Positions 1 to 13,719 of a DNA stretch of 64,000 nucleotides are shown here, piece by piece. This DNA comes from Botryllus schlosseri (taxonomy: Eukaryota). The stretch spans positions 9,364,001 to 9,428,000 of the forward strand of contig CM119371.1 in assembly GCA_051294905.1 (NCBI GenBank), given 5' to 3'. The notes beneath the pieces were generated by a model, which was not told where the DNA came from, searched no databases, and saw only the letters and a list, made by a program, of their open reading frames with translations. The number at the start of each line of letters is the position of its first letter. Within the stretch, counting starts at the first letter, position 1. Made by a program: the position numbers and the translations under genes.

Positions 1-344
1 CAGCTAGAGAGCTCAGAGCCATCGCTATCAACAGTGGCATATAGTCGTGAGTTTTGGGAGTTCCTGATTTGGGGGTCGAAACCCCTCAAACTTCCAACTC
101 GAAAGCCTGGTCCTCTGCATTACTGATTCTATCTCCGCCATCCTTTTCATCTTCTATAGCGAAAAAGTAAAAAATCAGTGAGCTGCTTCGAAATTGAAAC
201 TCGTTAGTGTATAGTGTTTAAGTTGGTTAGTTAGTGACGGACCATTTTAAAAGTCGCTAGTTCTAGTTTCAGTTCCAGCTGCTTGTGTTGAAAAGTGAAA
301 ATTTCTAGTTCTAGTTGTAATTGCGTACATTTTCTGTCCAACAG

Positions 345-853
345 CCTGTACAAATATGCTGCATTTGTCTCTGTGGATATGACGTTGCTTCGTTACTAAC
401 GAAATTTTACTCTTTAAGGGCCTTTCTGCTAGCCTTCACGAACGTGCTCGCCGCGATCTTTACATCCGCCATAACATTGTCTCGAGATCACGACATAGTG
501 TTATTCCTGTCGTTCGTCCTTGGACTGACCTATGCGCCATTTGGTAGCCAGTACGTGGTGCTGTATGCTGATGTCTTCGGGTCAGAGAAGATAACGCACG
601 CTATGAGCATCGACGGATTTGTAGCCACTCTGCCGACATTTCTGGTTACTCTGATTCTAGGTACGTTGGAGTCGGCGATGATTGCTTCCTGTAATAATCA
701 ATCTTTCCTGTAATTCCAGGTGCATTAATCGATCGGACTAAAGATGTTGTCGTTTCGTTTCACACATGTACAGGAATTACGGCTGCCAATGCAATTTGCG
801 TCCTTTTCATCGGTTTGCTGCAAGGATGGAATGCCGGCGTCAATGTGGCTTAG
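345..853 (+). CDS. 3' exons of an MFS transporter, probably monocarboxylate transporter (SLC16)-like. Exons ~345-660 and 720-853; 5' part lies outside the window
   Basis: Hydrophobic ORF containing ADVFGSEKITHAMS. A 59-bp GT..AG intron (661-719) joins in frame to GALIDRTKDVVVSFHTCTGI...NVA* (stop 851-853), similar to the SLC16 C-terminal 'G.L.D.T' motif. AATAAA at 982-987. Exon start inferred from the acceptor at 341-344. Confidence 0.7.
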
Positions 854-1998
854 ACCACGCAATGAAATTGACAGTGAAGACAGCGAGAAGTCATCATTGA
901 TCTGGAAGTTGATCTAATGCCACGTTAATTTAACATTGCCTGCCGATTGGCTAATTTTTGGTGGTCAAACTCTCGAACAATAATAAATCGAAATCTGTTC
1001 ATTCCTCGTAGCTATTAGGGGTGATGCAATCGTGAGGTTCACGTTCGCGTTCGCGTTTTGCGTATGAATTGTCAGAAATTTAGAGGTTAATGTTCGACGA
1101 ACCTTGTTAGGTTCTGCACTGTGAAACTTTTTTTCACGTCGTGTGATAGCATCTTTGGTTGAAATTCATTTCATTTCTACTTCGGACCACTCCATGTGTG
1201 GTGCAGGCAGCATGCATAAAATCAACATGAAACTATGCACCTTGTCAACCTCAAATATTTACTTGATTAGTTCCAAAAGCTGGCTCGAAATATCCAGCTT
1301 TGCGTTTGTGAGTATTTAGTGACTTTGCTGTGAGCTTGATCCGCAATCACGCAACATCAAGAATGAAACACGCTACATGCAGGTTGTCCGCAAATGATGC
1401 ATATTCAAGCAATCAGTGAAATTGATAAAGAATACATGGTTGTCTAATGTGGAAAATCCAGCAGGCGTACGGGACCCATCATGACTTGATATGTTTGTTG
1501 CATCATAAAAACCATATCAGTGCCTATGGCGTGTTGGCTACGGTATAGCACGTTTATGCGGTAATATCGGTAGCAAGCAGATTTGGACAAGTAGAAAATG
1601 CTCAGCTTTTCTAAATTAGATTAGAATTAGAATTTGAGCTGCGTAGTTTTTTCGAAATTAGATTAGAATATTAGAATTAGAGTTACAAGATTTTTCCAAA
1701 TTAGATTAGAATTATAATTAAGAGCTTCACATCTTTTCTCAAATTAGATTAGAATTAGAATTAGAGCTACACTGTTTTTTCTAAATTAGATTAGAATTAG
1801 AATTGGAATTTATGAATTCGCAATAAATTGAGAATTGAATGATATTGTGAATTATAAATAAATACAGCGCAAACCAAGCTCAGTTCATATCAAATCACAT
1901 TGCATTTTCGGAAACGTAAGAATGGTTTAAGTCCGTACATCAAGCTTGTCTCGTTTTGCACTATACCAGGGGTAACCAACACGCGGGCCACATGCGGC

Positions 1999-2513
1999 TA
2001 GGGCTGGGCAAAATCGAGTATCTGAGTGATTCGATTCTGAATCACGTAAAATGCTTCGAGTCGAGTCGAGTATTCGAGTATCACTCATTATGGCGTCACA
2101 GCAGAATGCACTATGTCAAAGTTCAAATATGCCCCTTTTATGCCAACACGAAGAACATAATGCCTGTTATCCGTCACATTAACGCTAGTTCGGTATTTTT
2201 TCGTCCATACCGATTTCATTACACTTCTTGACAATGTTGTGGGATGATCGTGACTTCGGAAATGTGTTATTTCCAGTAACGTTCGTAGCTTTGTACTATG
2301 TCTCTTATGCTACGATACGGCCAATCAAGGTTTCAAGGCTTCAAAAGTGAAAAATAGTATCAAACCAATAATTTTCGTTAGCAAATTAACTTTCAGTTGC
2401 GAGGAGCGTATAATTTCAGTACTCGAAAAAATCGTCTTCTACTACTCGACTCGAATCATTAAAATTAATACTCGATTCAGATTCGAGTACTCGAATCATT
2501 GTGCCCAGCCCTA
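1999..2513. mobile_element. hAT MITE
   Basis: TIR tagggctgggca / tgcccagcccta. Perfect TSD catgcggc (1991-1998, 2514-2521). Inserted into a further element end starting caggggtaaccaac at 1967. Confidence 0.9.
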
Positions 2514-3469
2514 CATGCGGCCAACGATCTGATTTGTGATTTTGGAAGAACGCGATGCCTTGACGTAAAATGACCCAGACACTGCCAAGACCGAGACACT
2601 TAGAAAACGGCCTAGGGCTTTTCGACAAGATCAATTTTTTGGATGAGATATTCTTTCAGCTGTGGTAACATCTCCGCATATCCCCAATATCGATTCATTA
2701 GCCGCTGAAAAGCCTGGTCAGGTATCGTGCGCAGCTTATAGTTCAAAATGAATTGAAGTTTAAGATCACGATATTTCATATTTTATATGTACTTCCTTAA
2801 TAGAATATCACTTCATTTGTAGTAACCAAGCCCATCGCCAATGTTAGTGAGCACGGTGTTGCACTAACGTAAAGCTTTAAAAACATAGTTGCTCAACTGT
2901 GGGTTAGCCATTTCTTCTCGATATTGCATTATTGCATGCCTCTCGGGCATGGCTGCAAAAAAGCAAACATTGCAGTCATGCTTCCTACGAGTTCTCGAGC
3001 AGCAGCCACAAGATGAGGGAAACGATTATCTCCTTTCCAGTAACTGAAAACATCGCATTCCGTGAACTCATGCTCTGCTTCGAAATCTCTTTCCACTTCG
3101 TTCTCTAATATATTTTCTTCGGTTAAATCTAAAGCAACATTTCTCTTTTTACTTGATGTAGTTATGGGCATGAAAATGAACAATGCTGCGTTAACTATAT
3201 CTCTTTCTTCGCTGCTGTACTGTTTGTGATCGAAACTAGAATGTTCTTCGGAGACTACAAGCTACTATGCCAGTATGGCTATTGTTCGTCACGATAAATA
3301 CTATGATGGTACGGTGTATGTAAATAATGCGATGGCGCCTTGGCGCTGGATTTCCCTGTGCGATAAGAATATTCTTGTTAACTCGCTGCAAAGTGTCGCG
3401 GACAAAGAGGAATTTTCAGGGAAACAATAAATTAGATTAGAACTAAAACTATAGCATAGATCCATCTGA

Positions 3470-3952
3470 CAAATTAGAATTAGATTAGAATTAGAATTAG
3501 AGCATAGGAACAGTTCACAAATTAGATTAGAATTAGAATTAGAGCATAGGAACAGTTCACAAATTAGATTAGAATTAGAATTAGAGCATAGGAACAGTTC
3601 AAAAATTAGATTAGAATTAGAATTAGAGCATAGGAACAGTTCACAAATTAGATTAGAATTAGAGCATAGGAACAGTTCACAAATTAGATTAGAATTAGAA
3701 TTAGAGCATAGGAACAGTTCACAAATTAGGTTAGAATTAGAATTAGAGCATAGGAACAGTTCACAAATTAGATTAGAATTAGAATTAGAGCATAGGAACA
3801 GTTCACAAATTAGATTAGAATTAGAATTAGAGCATAAGAACAGTTCACAAATTAGATTAGAATTAGAATTAGAGCATAGGAACAGTTCACAAATTAGATT
3901 AGAATTAGAATTAGAACATAGTAACATTTCACAGATTAGATTAGAATTAGAT
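3470..3952. repeat. 42-bp tandem minisatellite (~11 copies) in the subterminal region of the 1578-4016 element
   Basis: Unit aaattagattagaattagaattagagcataggaacagttcac. It produces the spurious CELFLCSNSNSNLI repeat ORF. Confidence 0.95.
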
Positions 3953-4889
3953 TACTGGCATTTCGCTCTAATTTAGTGAAATTAGACAACTAGAATTATC
4001 TAGTTGTCCAAGTCTGGTAGCAAGTATAGTAACCCGAGTTACACTGCTCAATTTTAATGTAGCCTATCAAGCGCCGAAAACAATGCCCGGTCTATACTGT
4101 ACCGTTGAAGAGTAAACTCAAATTCCTTTCATGTTCTCGTCGACATTGTTGGGAAACTAGCGGAAGATAATAGATGGTATTGGATTCTTATATCACTCTC
4201 TTGCTCCAGTTCATACATTTTGTGACGATTAAAAAGTCGGCATGTAGTTCGGCATTGTGGCATAATGTGGCCCGAGTCGTCGCTAGGTATCGTGCACATC
4301 AACCCATCACTTCCCTGAAATGTATGGTTGAAATTAGTAAAATGTGACGTCACGTGACGTCGTAGATTCACGGTCGCGTTCACACAGATTCTTTTATAAA
4401 GGTTCGCTTTCACACGAAACTGAACCTTTCGGGGGTTCGCACCATCCCTTAACTATGTAGTGTCGTTATTCAGTTTTGAGCCAGTGACTAGACTAGACTT
4501 TAGTTGTTTTACACCAGATTGATAATGCTCTCACTTTCCCCGTGTTGCTGACTCGTGTATAGCATGACAAACTTCCGTTGTTTTCAGCTGACGGGCCGTA
4601 GGAGCATTGTGAGGTGGGCCACAAAGCTATGATTAAATACAAATGACGAAGTTAAATAAAGATTTAGTTTTTCTGGTTAATACTACGAAAATATAATAAA
4701 ATTATATACCGTCACTCATCTTGCTATAACACTTGAACCCACTCGTTATGGCACATCAGAACCAGGGTTGGACAAAATGAGGTATACCCGGTCGAGAAGA
4801 AAGTGCCCAAGTTATATTTCCCGTTGAAGAAAATTTGTAGGCTACTCCAAAATATCAACTTTCATTACTTGACCCGAAACATTACTACA

Positions 4890-5279
4890 CAGGGATACCA
4901 TACGTTCTCCTTTAGGAGGATTTGTCCTCTTTTTTCAGGTTTTTGAAAATGCCCTACGAGAACGCCCAAGTGTCCTCCATTTTGAGGATTTTGGTCCAAT
5001 ATTTTGTCAATTCGGAGTGAGATACCATAAATCAGCACCGAAGTAAAGGTCCGGTGGGCATTTCGGAAGCCTTGCCGGAAAAATGAGTCAATCACCTGTG
5101 AACGTGAAGGAAAAAACTGTATTTTGGCACTGGGCGAGAAAGTTGACCTGTTTTTTTTTTGTCAACCGACCACGAAGTGAGAAAAATTTACATTTATTCA
5201 AGATTTTTCTCCGGAATTTTGGGTTGGAAAATTTTGAAAAAGTGTCCTTCTTTCCAGATTCCAAAATATGGTGACCCTA
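4890..5279. mobile_element. hAT MITE (related to 54366-54893)
   Basis: Ends cagggataccatacg / aatatggtgacccta. Perfect TSD ttactaca (4882-4889, 5280-5287). Confidence 0.85.
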
Positions 5280-5974
5280 TTACTACAAAACCTGATGTTC
5301 CACTCGAAACCGAATCCAGTATTTATTGTCATGATTCGATTTGAGAAGTGAGAGACCGTACTTTCCAGCACTGAGATCTCACGCCCATTTTCACTGAAGT
5401 TTTGATTTTGTAATTAACATTAAATGGTTTATTATTTCCTTTCCACTACAGAGGCCGTGGAACAGCGATAAATCGTCAATAACCGTCAGAGTATATTTTC
5501 CTCTGAACAACACACACAATGTACAATGCGATAAGACACAATGTGATGTCATGAACAGAAAGGAGGATGTCGAGCGACCGGTTGCGGTTGCGGTCTCTTA
5601 AACTGTGGCATCCACCTCGGTCTGCTGAGCGATATCACAGTACCTTTTTCGATGTTAGTCTCTATTCCGCGGCTCTCCCTTGCTCTTTCCATTCCTTGTG
5701 AGTGAGGTCTTTCATTTTTTTGTCACCATGAGAACAGCAACGAGGGGGAAGAGGAGCTCAGAATAACCTCCGATGTAGAATAGAGCCCGGGCCGACCGGG
5801 CGGTAGGTGCTTATCGGCACCATTACGCTATCTCCCCCGTATCACATACGTCGTAGTACAAACCAACCCTCTAGCGGACATGACGTTTTTGTGAATTCTT
5901 GATTGATATGCGTATATGGTCGAGAAGATGTAAAATTATTTTAATGCAATGTAATTTACCATTGAATAGTATAT

Positions 5975-6338
5975 TCATATTGAAATGAAACCGAATATTT
6001 TCGGCTGGCACTCGTCAGGGGTAATCGTCAGCAACTAGTAGAGAATTGGAAAGAACATTGTATATCAACAATCGTATCACAAAATATGACGTCACCAGCA
6101 TGAAAGAGAGAGCGTTCAATGTACTATTTTTAGGTGGTACGCGAACTCCTTTTGTTGACAGAGTTTTAATAGGTTTATTTTGATAAAAGTCGATAAAAAT
6201 TCTGATAAATCTGGGGACATGTTGGTCTATGCGTTCCCATTATTGATATACAATGTCCTTTCCAATTCTCTACTAGTTGCTGACGATTACCCCCGAAGAT
6301 TGTCAGCCGAAAATATTCGGGTTCATTTCATATATTGA
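5975..6338. repeat. Degenerate inverted repeat (~100-bp arms, ~170-bp spacer), probable MITE or fold-back relic
   Basis: ccgaatattttcggctg...gtaatcgtcagcaactagtagagaattggaaag (~5990-6055) is the reverse complement of ctttccaattctctactagttgctgacgattac...cagccgaaaatattcgg (~6258-6321). Confidence 0.75.
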
Positions 6339-7020
6339 AGTTCTCTACCTCCAAGAAGCTCTGCAATGTAATTGTTAATGCATATTACATATTTGAACTT
6401 TCTACATCACTTATACTTTTCTGACGTCGTAATAAACGAACTGTAATACTCGACATGAATCATAATACTCGATTCGGAATCGAATCACACAGACACAGGT
6501 ACTCGATTTTGACCAATCCAGTACATAGAGGTATACACAATGGTGGCAACCTCGCCCAACCCCCCTCTTTTGTTTAAGCGCGTTTTTCCAGTATTGTAGC
6601 GAATAAACGTGGAAATCCGTGTACCAACCAGGAAGATGATTCCGTAGCGATGGTTCAATCATCAAATCTCTGCATTTATTAGAAAAGTCCCGTATCCCGA
6701 TAATCATCAAGTCTCTGCATGCGGTAGAGTTCCATAGTTTTGATGTAGGCTATCCTTGCAACCATGCGATACTAGATTTGCCCTAATCCAGTGCATGGCT
6801 CAAACCTTGACGTGTTGTGCTGGCTTATTACTAATGTCAGCCAATAGCTTTCCAGATTAATGTGGTCCATTTAGCCTGCAGCAGTTGTATCGATGTTCTA
6901 TTATTTCACGCTATATACCATTCATCTTCAACATGAAGACATGAGGCCTTCCGCTACATGCCACCTCATTTTGTCGCTTTCCTTTTATATTCCCTGCTTT
7001 ACTTTTCATTCAGTGTGCAT

Positions 7021-7912
7021 CAGTGTTATGATGACTCGAGTCAACTTTTTCGTATGCCTTGACTTGACTCGAGCCACTTTGCGAAAATGACTTGACTTGA
7101 CTCGGCGCTTCGGAAATGTGGATTGACCCGTGACTCGGAGCAAAATTTACGAGTCAGTTTCAAGTCATTAACAAGTAAATGGAGTCGACTAAATCAATGT
7201 ATCATGTGTAATTGTGTATGTTCGGATAATTCGCGATACGTCAGTGACACTTGTGCGAGCAACCAGTCTTTCACTTATTGTACGTTCCATTTCCGCCGGT
7301 CCTACATTTTTATATCACAAATAAATTGACCGCGAACGAAATGGTCGCAGCTTACGTTGTAGTAGTACTACTAGTAGTAGATTAATCTAATAACTGTTTC
7401 TAAGATGGCGCAGTGCTTACATTGCGCTGTGCTCACCTTTGCCAACCCTTTTGAATGATTTAAATCTAATGAATACAGTTTATGCGTTTATATTCTTACG
7501 GATGTGTAGATCCCATCTATCATTGTACCATACCAATTTACCCACCAAAACACTCACGTCTTCTTTTAGAAGTTCTACGTGTGCGTGTGCGATAAAACGC
7601 CTTTTTGTATGTATACTTAACTTTATATTCGTTATTTGATTCAAGATAAAGGCTAATTAATATATATTTCACACAGCTCGCAACATGTTATGACTTTGAA
7701 TCATCACTCATACTTCGAAAATGCAATTTGATTCGAATTGTGACTTGACTCGTGACTTGACTTGACTTGACTCGAGTCACCTCCGAAATTCGACTGACTT
7801 GACTTGACTCGAGTCACCTTCGAAAATCAATTGACTTGACTTACCTCGAGTCAAATCTGCAATGACTCGAGATGAGTCGTGACTCGAAGGTAGTGACTTG
7901 ATCCCAACACTG
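7021..7912. mobile_element. hAT MITE with GACTCGAGTC/GACTT subterminal repeats
   Basis: Ends cagtgttatgatgac / gatcccaacactg. Perfect TSD gtgtgcat (7013-7020, 7913-7920). Same family as 44460-45679, in opposite orientation. Confidence 0.9.
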
Positions 7913-8346
7913 GTGTGCATGCCTCTTTTCTACTTCGCGTAGGCCAGTGTTTTTAAACCTTGTCGCCAGCGCCCCCCAACGGGCGTTTTGGATTTTGAAG
8001 GTCGCGGAAACGCTCAGGAGGCGAAATGGGGGGCGCTGAAGAAAATGGCGCCGAAGTAGAGGATGCCGTAGGGACATAGTACAACAACAGTTTTATATAT
8101 CGTTGCCTTTTCATTGCAAATTACCATTCGACAAAATCTGTCACATCTCGCAAACTTACGTCGATCTCCACGCGAAATATATGCCGGCAATGCTTGCAAC
8201 ATGTTTCCATGTATAACGGGGTTTATCATAACTCACTCATGTAAAATGAATTGCTACTTCGGTTTATCTTCCACAAAATGTTTCGAACTAGGTATTTTAT
8301 CGCGAAGCGAACAGCGTGTCGAAGTTGAATAAAGAGGCATTGTACC

Positions 8347-10776
8347 CAGTGGCGGCTCGTCCTATAGGGCAACTGGGGCATTGCCCCACCTAAAATTCTG
8401 TTCAATAACAATTTAACCATTTATAGACGCACAGCAATCAGTATATACCGAGACCACGGCGAAACCCGCATTATTCTTGTGCTTTCGCTAACAAATGCCC
8501 ATACATAGCGAAGTCTCTGCGAAAATCGAATTCTCTTCTGTGTTTTCGCTTTGTGAATGCCTAGCCGGGGCTTGCCCCGGTAGCGCTCATAACAAGCGTT
8601 CACTATCTATTCTCTCAAAGCCGCGCACAATAAAGAAACGGTGATTTACTCTCTCCTATTCGTAAAATGGCCGAACAAGTGGGGCAACTATGCCTGTCGC
8701 CCTTAAGGTGTGATGTAACAATCGTATCTATATCTGAACTCGGTTACCGTGATATGCGTTGACTCGACCTTTGCTGGTATATGTCGATTTTGACAGTGTT
8801 TCGCACCATGATAATTCTTGAAACTTGGTACGATATGTCGTGAAGGTAGTATTTATCACTGCTCCAAGTTTCAGGCTTGCTACTCAAAGATAAGGGTGGT
8901 AATTTCGTTTCCGAAGTTCAGTGTGTGCTGATCTATCATGTACATTGTACAGCAAACAGATTTTACTCAAAAGCCGGTATTGGTCTCCATTGATTTTGAC
9001 GATGTTCCATACCGAGATCGGTCATGATATTTGGCACAGTAAGTCTTAATGTTAGTATCGACCGCTGTAATAATTTTTAAGTTTGTCACTGAACTATGTG
9101 GGTGGTAATTTCGTTTCCAAAGTCGAGTGAGAGCTGACTCTTCATGTATCGCTAACAGATTTACGCAAAAGCCGTTATTGGTCTCTATTGATTTTAACGA
9201 TGTTCCATACCTAGATCTGTCATGAGCTTTTGCACGGTATGTCTCGATTTTAGTATCGAACGCGGTGCCAAGTCTTAAAGTTGACACTCAATGATTGAGG
9301 CAGTTATTTCGTTTTCGAGGTCGAGTATGGTAGAGATGCGCGCTGATCTGATACTTAGCCTACCTACATCATTGCGGATCTCACGGAAAAGCCGGTGTCT
9401 GTCTGTGCTAATCTAGTCTGCGTTCCATAACGAGATCGGTGATGATATTTCCAATGGTATATCTCGATGATCGCATGAAACAGCTAACTAAGATTCTCGG
9501 TTTGCATTCAAATATTCACATAATTTTATGTTCGCCAATGTGCATTTCACTGTGAAATTGTGGCCTTCAAACCATTTGCTTACAATCCCCTGTCAAATGC
9601 GATAGCTATTTCATTTTTGATGTCGGCTAACAGCTGATCATTCGATCAGCCTATTCCTCGATCTATTTTACTCAAAGTTCGGTGTTCGTCTGTTTGTATT
9701 GATTTTGACAGTGTACCATGCCGGAATGGGTTATGAGATTGCGAATGCTACTTCTCGGTGATTTCATGTAACAGTATGCTAAGTTTACGGCTTTCATTCA
9801 TGTATTTATTGATTAATATATTTTCCAACGGCGATTTGGCAGCTGACAGTAAGCCGTATGTGTTGCGTCACAATCTCCAGTTTCAAGGCCAAAATGTACT
9901 ATGTTGTTCCGAGACCGAAGTTCCGAGGCTGCTGTCCTTGGTTCTTCAAAGACCTTTCAAATTGATGTTCTGGATTCAATATGACAGGCCCAATCTATGA
10001 GATAACAATTGCGTATCTGTCCGAAGTCGTTGACCTTTGCAGTTAGGCTTACGCAATCTCTCGAGTTCTAGTCATTGGAATTAGTCTGGTCAAGTCAAGT
10101 GCGAACATGAATCGCATTGAATCTTTGCTCCGTACGTAGGCTAGTTTACGCAGTTGCCTTTAGAGCGAAAATTCAAGGTCTAGAAGACTACTCCTTGTCG
10201 CTTCGACATATTCCTGTCTTTTCATTGTATCGCATTTTTGTGGTGTATTGAACTGATAAAATTGCTAATAAACCAATGATGATGATGATAGAAATTGTCC
10301 AGTCCATTGATCCAATCGTACGCCGGGTACCTCCGCTTTGGTTGCCTATCACCTGGTCGTAACTCGTAACCACCAGCTCAGTGGTCGTAACACACCAGGA
10401 TCGTGTACGAAACACTTTCGGACGGCCTATCGATTTGCGTAATCTCTAACTCTACCATGAAATCATAACGCATGCTACTAAGGATGACCTGATAATTGAT
10501 TCGTGGCATAGGGACGATTCTTAGTTCACGTACATTATGTAAAATAATCCTTTGATTAAAAAAAATGAATAAAACATTTGTTACCACACTTCAAGTCACG
10601 GCTCACCGGCAAACCTCTCGCAGCACCTACGTTAAAATCACTGTTGTCGGGAAATTCATGTGACCATCATATTAAAGTTACTTTTTTATGTTGGAAAACG
10701 CCATTGTGACGTCATGTTGATAAAAGTCGCTCGCAGCCCTTGCCCCACCACCCGATATTGTCACGAGCCGCCACTG
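8347..10776. mobile_element. hAT non-autonomous element nested in 7945-11096
   Basis: TIR cagtggcggctcgt / acgagccgccactg. Perfect TSD attgtacc (8339-8346, 10777-10784). Confidence 0.9.
8780..9790. repeat. Degenerate ~200-bp tandem repeat (3-5 units)
   Basis: gtggtaatttcgtttcc-like motif at ~8897, ~9102 and ~9302. aaaagccggt...gattttgacgatgttccatac...gatc recurs with the same period. Confidence 0.7.
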
Positions 10777-13719
10777 ATTGTACCCATTTTAAGGGCGAGA
10801 GTGAGAGGCATTTGTACATTACACATTCTTTGAAGCTTTTTGATCAAAGTGATTACCTAAATATAGTTGTATTTGAGAGCTACAAAACTAAATCCGAATA
10901 CAGCACATACAATTATCATAGCGTTAATTAGTCGAGAGGTCCTCGTTTGCGATTCAAGCTATTTCCAATAGTGAAGTCCCAACCCGGAAAGACCGACCGG
11001 ACTTCGACCCCCTTGTTTGTACTACCGTCCTTAAAATATGAGGGGGCGCCAGACACAGGCAATTTTCGAAAGGGGGGAAAAGGTTAAGAACCACTGCCCT
11101 AGGCTAAGGTGGTTGTCTGATCTCAATGACTACTCCAAGTCGTTTCGGCACCTTCCTATCTTTTCATCGTATCGCAGTTTTTGTGGTGTTTTGGAATGAT
11201 GAAAATATTAATAAACTGTTACTGATAGTTCCCTGGGTCACTTTCATGTTTATATTATGTATGATACACATTATATTATGTATGATAAAAGAAGGCTCAG
11301 GTGCTACCCCCACTTGGTATACATATGCATTCCACTTACGAGCCCGATTGTATCATATTAACGAGACTGGGCAAAGGGCGAAGCGGAGACCCAAACCGAT
11401 ATCGTTTCTCACATGCACGAGTATATAATATTCATACCAGTAGTCATAAAAAGCTTCGTCCGAAGGTCATCGGAAATACAACTGCATGAGCTAGTTATTT
11501 GGAAGAGTTTCAACACACGGTTCAGATTTTGTATCGAAAAAATTCTGAAGTTCGATTTTACAGTAACTCGAAACCAGAAAACAGTAATTAAAAATCCAGA
11601 TGTTTTGAAGGTCATCATCGGTACTCTAGTAATAGTGAAATTAGCGATTTATACGTACGTAAAATAGTAAGTGTTCTGGGCCAAGTTTTGCTTCAAAAAC
11701 TGAAAACAGGTAAATCAGAGATAGAATAAATATAAAATCGTAACAACGGCTAAAAAGTGCAAGTATAGGGAAAACTGCATGGATTATTTCCACAATTAAA
11801 AGTAGACCTACGTCATTACTGGCCTCCTCTGGAAATATCCCATTGGTCATATTGTTAGCAAGCAGTGCCGTATTTGTTGTCAGTTGTTACTATTACGCCA
11901 AAAAACATGCTTCTTTGTATAGTTTTTCATCCCTCCTACCGTTATAAGTAGACTACTCGAATATTTTTATGAGGCTCCATACGTACTCCGAAGTTTGAAA
12001 TGCGGTTCTGACACCCAATAAGGTTGGGAACCACTGATCTAAGTGAAGAAATCCAATTGAGCACGGATAAACGGCGGGGGTAATTGGCAGCCCGTCGCTC
12101 TTGGTTAAAAAAAATGTTGGTAACCCCTGGTCTAAATTAATCTTGTAATGATGCGATTTGTTCAAGTGCAACGGCAAAAATAAGCGCATGTCGCGACCAT
12201 ATCAGCAGAAATCCGTTTCCTGCCAAACACCCGATGGTTTCAAATTCGATATTGGTGCTCTCGTTACCAGTCCGTCGGTCGTCGATCAAGTAGAGGAATA
12301 GAAGGTTCTCCTTCAAACGAATCGAATAAACTCAGAATTATTGTCATTGATCAATATTTAACCACTTAATTCGACGCCATGCACTGTACGAGTCAGTAAC
12401 GAATTAAATTACAGGCTCACAAATGACATTGCGCGACAATTCAAGAATGTTTCAATGTATCAAGAGGGTATCAAGCAGACAAGAATAAATACACAGAATT
12501 GATGAATACAAATTGAAAAGCGCGCATCCAATTACTAATTGCCCTCTCATATCCATCATCAGGGACATGGAGTATGCGGACTATAATGGCCATCAACTTT
12601 AATGCATTTCCCTAGTTATGTTAACAAATCGTTACTGGAGTAAACGATCATGTGTTGGAATGAATTTCAATTCATACACAATAACACACTGTCCAATGTC
12701 GCGCTAGAATTAAAAAAAAACCATCAATAAAGTATGTGCATTTGCTCATCCCATTCAGAAAGGAGACGTTACGCCTGGGCGTACGGCATGCACGCCTACA
12801 AATAGAAATACGCAGCAATATCACGTTGTTTATTCTCTGGCGTCGTTTATATATTCGTCTCATTACTAATTTGTAAAATTGCTCAGCTCACATAAGCATC
12901 AATCCCGTTTTGTGACATACATGGTGATCATGGTGATTTTTCGAACCACACAATTGGCCAGCGGATTTGTGATTATGACGAAATTGCAGGTATGAAGAAT
13001 GCCCATAGTAGTAAAGTAATTACGGAGCAAGCGGGCCATATCCAGTCTACCCAAGATTGACGCCTATGTATGAACATGATTAGTTATAACAGGCGGTGCC
13101 AACGAGAAAACAATTCTTAATTTTGCGAACGATTACCGTAAAATTACGTGAATTCAATTATTATTAGTAGCAATACCATTTTATGAAATACACCGGAGCC
13201 GGAGCTACTTTCAAAACAACCAGCTCTTGCTCCGACTCCGGCTTCACTTGAATTTTATTTAGAGCTCTGGGGCTCCGGCTCCGTGCTCCGGCTCCGGCTA
13301 CAGAGCCCTGGTCTCAAACGCAAGTAATTCGTTTTGAGTCAGTTAGAAATGAAGTCACGACCAACCATATCGATCAGATGGAAGGTCGACCAGTATGTGC
13401 TATTTCGCCAATGGCGATGTGCTGTCTTGACCGTCTTTTTTAGAATGGACCTATAATGATTACGCAAGTTATATTTCAATTCAACCAATGCCATATTCTA
13501 CGTTTACTTGCGTGATAATTTACAGAAATAATTCGACTTCGATAGCATGCATGACATGTTTTAGGCGAAGAATCCTACTACCGCTATAAATTTGACTTCG
13601 AAGCAATATTTCAATCCATATTAACCGGGATGGCCCACCTTTTTTGCTATTCACGGCCGCATGTCGATTAGTTATGTAGCCTACAGATTCACCGGTAGAG
13701 TTAAAAAATTTAGGGCAAG

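Larger units (their letters stand above)
1578..4016 (-). mobile_element. Deleted hAT transposon with transposase C-terminal remnant
   Basis: TIR cagatttggacaa / ttgtccaagtctg. Perfect 8-bp TSD gtagcaag (1570-1577, 4017-4024). Subterminal attagattagaattag arrays at both ends. 2929-3183(-) encodes DVFSYWKGDNRFPHLVAAARELVG, resembling a hAT dimerisation domain. Confidence 0.88.
1016..4449 (+). mobile_element. Non-autonomous hAT-like element, 'family A' (TIR ~TAGGGATGGTGCGAAC; subterminal GTTCACGTTCGC motifs), interrupted by nested insertions
   Basis: Left end taggggtgatgc, right end gttcgcaccatccct. Degenerate TSD (gtagctat / taactat). Internal sequence recurs at ~20376-21015, 21024-28668, 35472-36054 and ~57490-58019. 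Confidence 0.7.
7945..11096 (+). mobile_element. Buster/Charlie-type hAT non-autonomous element (GGGGGCGCTG family) with nested insertion
   Basis: Ends cagtgtttttaaacctt / aaggttaagaaccactg. TSD gcgtaggc / ccctaggc (6/8). Ends homologous to 16230-17755 and 25281-27847. Confidence 0.8.

Noticed and set aside
321..713. 130-aa ORF as a complete gene
   Set aside because: It starts in intronic repeat-derived sequence and reads into the 661-719 intron. It is an internal exon of a larger gene.
3301..3927. 208-aa repetitive ORF, and a possible CRISPR-like array
   Set aside because: It is the translation of a 42-bp tandem satellite with no unique spacers, inside a hAT element. There are no cas genes and the context is eukaryotic.
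8967..9287. 106-aa ORF with an internal repeat
   Set aside because: It reflects the ~200-bp tandem DNA repeat, and the frame is not kept in neighbouring units.
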